The notes under the pieces were generated by a model. That model was not told the origin of the DNA. It ran no database searches and was given only the letters and a program-made list of their open reading frames with translations. Shown one piece after another: positions 25,792-28,179 of a stretch of 28,179 nucleotides of DNA. Source of the DNA: a virus. Taxonomy: Duplodnaviria > Heunggongvirae > Uroviricota > Caudoviricetes. How positions within the stretch are numbered: position 1 is the first letter of the stretch; the number at the start of each line of letters is the position of its first letter. The translations under genes and the position numbers were made by a program. The DNA lies in the IMG/VR virus record IMGVR_UViG_2778261154_000006, positions 1 to 28,179 of that record; one strand, written 5' to 3'.

Positions 25792-26356
25792 TAAATCACC
25801 GGACATTAAGTTGCCGTCATGGCTGAATCGCGGCGATGTGCTCCGCCTGAAAAACACCTTTATCCGTTTCTGGGGAAAGGTGCACGACTGGGTAACATGG
25901 CCACTGAGCCAGACCGACCCACTGACATGTGCGGAATCCATTCTGAACCTGACAGCCTGGCAATATGATATAGCCCGTTTTGACGGCGAACCGCTCACGC
26001 TGTACAGAAAGCGTGTCAAATATGCCTTTATCAACGCACAGGACGCGGGCAGCGTGGCGGGATTCAGGGCAATTTTTGAACGACTGGGGATCGGTTATGT
26101 GGAGATTCAGGAGCGCCAGCCAGGCACAGACTGGGATGTTGTTCTTTTGCGCCTGACAGACAACCAGATCTCAGAAAATACAACATTACTCAATCAGATA
26201 ATTCGCCAGTACGGTCGCACCTGCCGCCGTTACCATCTTCAGATAATCACATCCACGGATTGTGTTATCGGACACGGATACTGGCATGGCAGCTATCACT
26301 ATTTTTATGCACCGGAGATGAAAAATGACCCAGAGCGCTATCACTTCAGCATTTGA
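25784..26356 (+). CDS. tail (baseplate) protein, P2 gpI-like
   Basis: Segment ILNLTAWQYDIARFDGEPLTLYRKRVKYAFINAQDAGSVAGFRAIFERLG parallels P2 gpI (LLPWLAWAFSVDRWDEKWPEATKRAVIRDAYFIHCHKGTIGAIRRVVEPLG, recalled from memory). Immediately upstream of the fibre gene. Confidence 0.55.
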   Translation: MPDKSPDIKLPSWLNRGDVLRLKNTFIRFWGKVHDWVTWPLSQTDPLTCAESILNLTAWQYDIARFDGEPLTLYRKRVKYAFINAQDAGSVAGFRAIFERLGIGYVEIQERQPGTDWDVVLLRLTDNQISENTTLLNQIIRQYGRTCRRYHLQIITSTDCVIGHGYWHGSYHYFYAPEMKNDPERYHFSI

Positions 26357-28163
26357 GCGCCTGAAAGCGCAGGAAGCCGCAGGCGGCAACCGTATCATCA
26401 TTGATCAGTTTGTATTTGCAAATATCCCGGATCTGAACATTGCCGACACGCCGTCTGAAAACGAACCATTGCCCCCCGATGCACAGATAGTTCACCGCCA
26501 GAACGTTGATCGCAACGGAATGGTAAATGAGAACACCGTCGCCTACTCCGTTACCCTGCCGGAGTCCACGGGTGATTTTACTTTTAACTGGCTGGGTCTG
26601 GTAAGCAGCACCACAAATACACTTTGTATGGTGGTATATCTTCACCCTCAGAAAAAAATAAAAACCGCAGACGGCAAACAGGGTAATACCCTGATTTATT
26701 CTGAAATTATGGAATACGCCGGAGCCAGCGCCGCAACCGGCATCACCACGCCAGTAAGCACCTGGCAGATTGATTTTACGGCACGGCTTCACGGCATGGA
26801 CGAGGCCACCCGCAAAGCGGCGCTGGATATCTACGGGCCTGGCCTGTTCTTTAATAACGCCTTTAAACTCACCGCTCAGGCTACCGGGCAGGCGACCTTC
26901 GCGCCGGGTATTGCCTATCTGCGCGGATTACGTGTGGAGCTGGATGAACAAGGCACACTGACATACGCCACCGGAATTTCACAAACTGTTTATGTTGACG
27001 CGGCATTAACCGGTACCCTGACCGGGGAAAATAAAGCCATATTCAGCCTGACGAGTCAGAAAACAGCCGACTATACCGACAGTTCAGGATTTGCCCATTA
27101 TGTCGAACCCATCGCCACAATATCAGACAGTGGCGAGATCACCGATATACGAAAAACCCGCAAACCATTAAATGACCGCCTTGATGGCGAATACCTGACC
27201 CGTAACGGGAACCTGAAAGAAATTGCTGACAAAGGTGAACAGGCCCAGTCTGATGCCAGAAAGCATATGGGCCTCGGCGACAGCGCCACCCTTAATGTTG
27301 GCACCGCGCAGGACACTGTAGCCGCAGGTGACGACATCCGCATCACAGGAGCGCTGCAAAAAAATCAGAACGGAGCAGATATTCCCGATAAACCGCTGTT
27401 TATCCAGAACGTTGGTTTACAGGAAACGGTAAACAAGGCTGATAACGCTGTCCAAAAGACAGGCGATACCTTGTCCGGTGGACTTACTTTTGAAAACGAC
27501 TCAACCCTTGCCTGGATTCGAAATACTGACTGGGCAAAGATTGGTTTTAAAAATAATGCCGACAGCGATACTGATTCATACATGTGGTTTGAAACAGGTG
27601 ACAACGGCAATGAGTATTTCAAATGGAGACACCGCCTCGCTGGCGGCCGGGTTAAAGACCTGATGAATCTCAAATGGGATACACTAAATATTCTGGTTAA
27701 TGCCGTCATTAATGGTTGTCTTGGAATTGGTACGACGAATGCGTTAGGTGGAAGTTCAATCGTTTTAGGAGATAACGATACCGGGTTTAAACAAAATGGC
27801 GATGGTCTGCTTGATGTTTATGCGAATGGACAGCGTGTATTTCGTTTCCAGAATGGCAGTATCCAGAGTAATAAAGCTGTAAACGTTACAGGACGGGTAA
27901 CACCGTCAGACTACGGAAACTTTGATGCCCGTTACCAGCAGCGAAATGGTGGCGTGCAGGATGTGCGGTATGGTTATGAAATGTATTACAACCCTGGCAG
28001 CAACACCGTTTCATGGACGTTTCGCTCACCTTCGGGACACGGGCTGTCAGGGATATCGATATCGGATACCGGCCGTAACTCAGCGGATAACGTCAACGGT
28101 GTGTATTACCGACCGCTGCAAAAACTGATTAATGGCACCTGGTATAACGTAGCGAGTATTTAA
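26325..28163 (+). CDS. H: tail fibre protein with P2 gpH-like C-terminal half
   Basis: 612-aa ORF. Residues about 365-612 (LQETVNKADNAVQKTGDTLSGGLTFENDSTLAWIRNTDWAKIGFKNNADSDTDSYMWFETGDNGNEYFKWR ... YRPLQKLINGTWYNVASI) closely match the C-terminal region of P2 gpH as recalled. The N-terminal about 360 aa is different. Confidence 0.85.
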   Translation: MTQSAITSAFERLKAQEAAGGNRIIIDQFVFANIPDLNIADTPSENEPLPPDAQIVHRQNVDRNGMVNENTVAYSVTLPESTGDFTFNWLGLVSSTTNTLCMVVYLHPQKKIKTADGKQGNTLIYSEIMEYAGASAATGITTPVSTWQIDFTARLHGMDEATRKAALDIYGPGLFFNNAFKLTAQATGQATFAPGIAYLRGLRVELDEQGTLTYATGISQTVYVDAALTGTLTGENKAIFSLTSQKTADYTDSSGFAHYVEPIATISDSGEITDIRKTRKPLNDRLDGEYLTRNGNLKEIADKGEQAQSDARKHMGLGDSATLNVGTAQDTVAAGDDIRITGALQKNQNGADIPDKPLFIQNVGLQETVNKADNAVQKTGDTLSGGLTFENDSTLAWIRNTDWAKIGFKNNADSDTDSYMWFETGDNGNEYFKWRHRLAGGRVKDLMNLKWDTLNILVNAVINGCLGIGTTNALGGSSIVLGDNDTGFKQNGDGLLDVYANGQRVFRFQNGSIQSNKAVNVTGRVTPSDYGNFDARYQQRNGGVQDVRYGYEMYYNPGSNTVSWTFRSPSGHGLSGISISDTGRNSADNVNGVYYRPLQKLINGTWYNVASI

Positions 28164-28179
28164 CAATGTTGCATTTAAA

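Larger units (their letters stand above)
1..28179. mobile_element. P2-like mosaic prophage, partial (immunity, early/replication, head, lysis and tail modules; runs to the right edge of the window)
   Basis: Consecutive recognisable phage genes in P2 prophage order (HTH repressors, Dam, gpA, then Q and P leftward, O N M L rightward), followed by a contractile-tail module and lysis genes. No integrase or att site seen in the window. Confidence 0.85.

Noticed and set aside
1-28179. CRISPR arrays, tRNA/rRNA genes, insertion sequences
   Set aside because: No regularly spaced direct repeats, no cloverleaf-like tRNA candidates that I could recognise by eye, and no transposase-like ORFs or terminal inverted repeats. 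Absence is by inspection only.

Overview
The window is a near-contiguous stretch of a P2-like (peduovirus-type) mosaic prophage from an enterobacterial genome; the calls below rest on reading the six-frame translations and on recalled family motifs, with no database search run. Left to right: (1) a low-GC, minus-strand immunity operon at 73-1870 with two paralogous XRE-type HTH regulators, then a tail-anchored membrane protein and a small signal-peptide protein; (2) a rightward early operon at 1911-10738 with small regulators, a Dam-type adenine methylase, accessory genes and a P2 gpA-type HUH replication endonuclease; (3) an Ogr/Delta-like zinc-finger gene and the packaging/head module in P2 order (P and Q leftward; O, N, M, L rightward); (4) a tail module that is not P2-like in order, with a holin/lysozyme/Rz-Rz1 cassette embedded between the putative tube gene and the tail chaperone, a tape-measure gene, baseplate genes and a tail fibre with a P2 gpH-like C-terminal half. 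The window ends about 16 bp after the fibre gene. No integrase, tRNA, rRNA or CRISPR array was recognised. The most interesting features are the repressor-linked membrane/secreted gene pair with a peptide motif shared across three adjacent proteins (candidate superinfection-exclusion or defence moron), an unannotated -1 frameshift extension of the tail chaperone, and the embedded lysis cassette.
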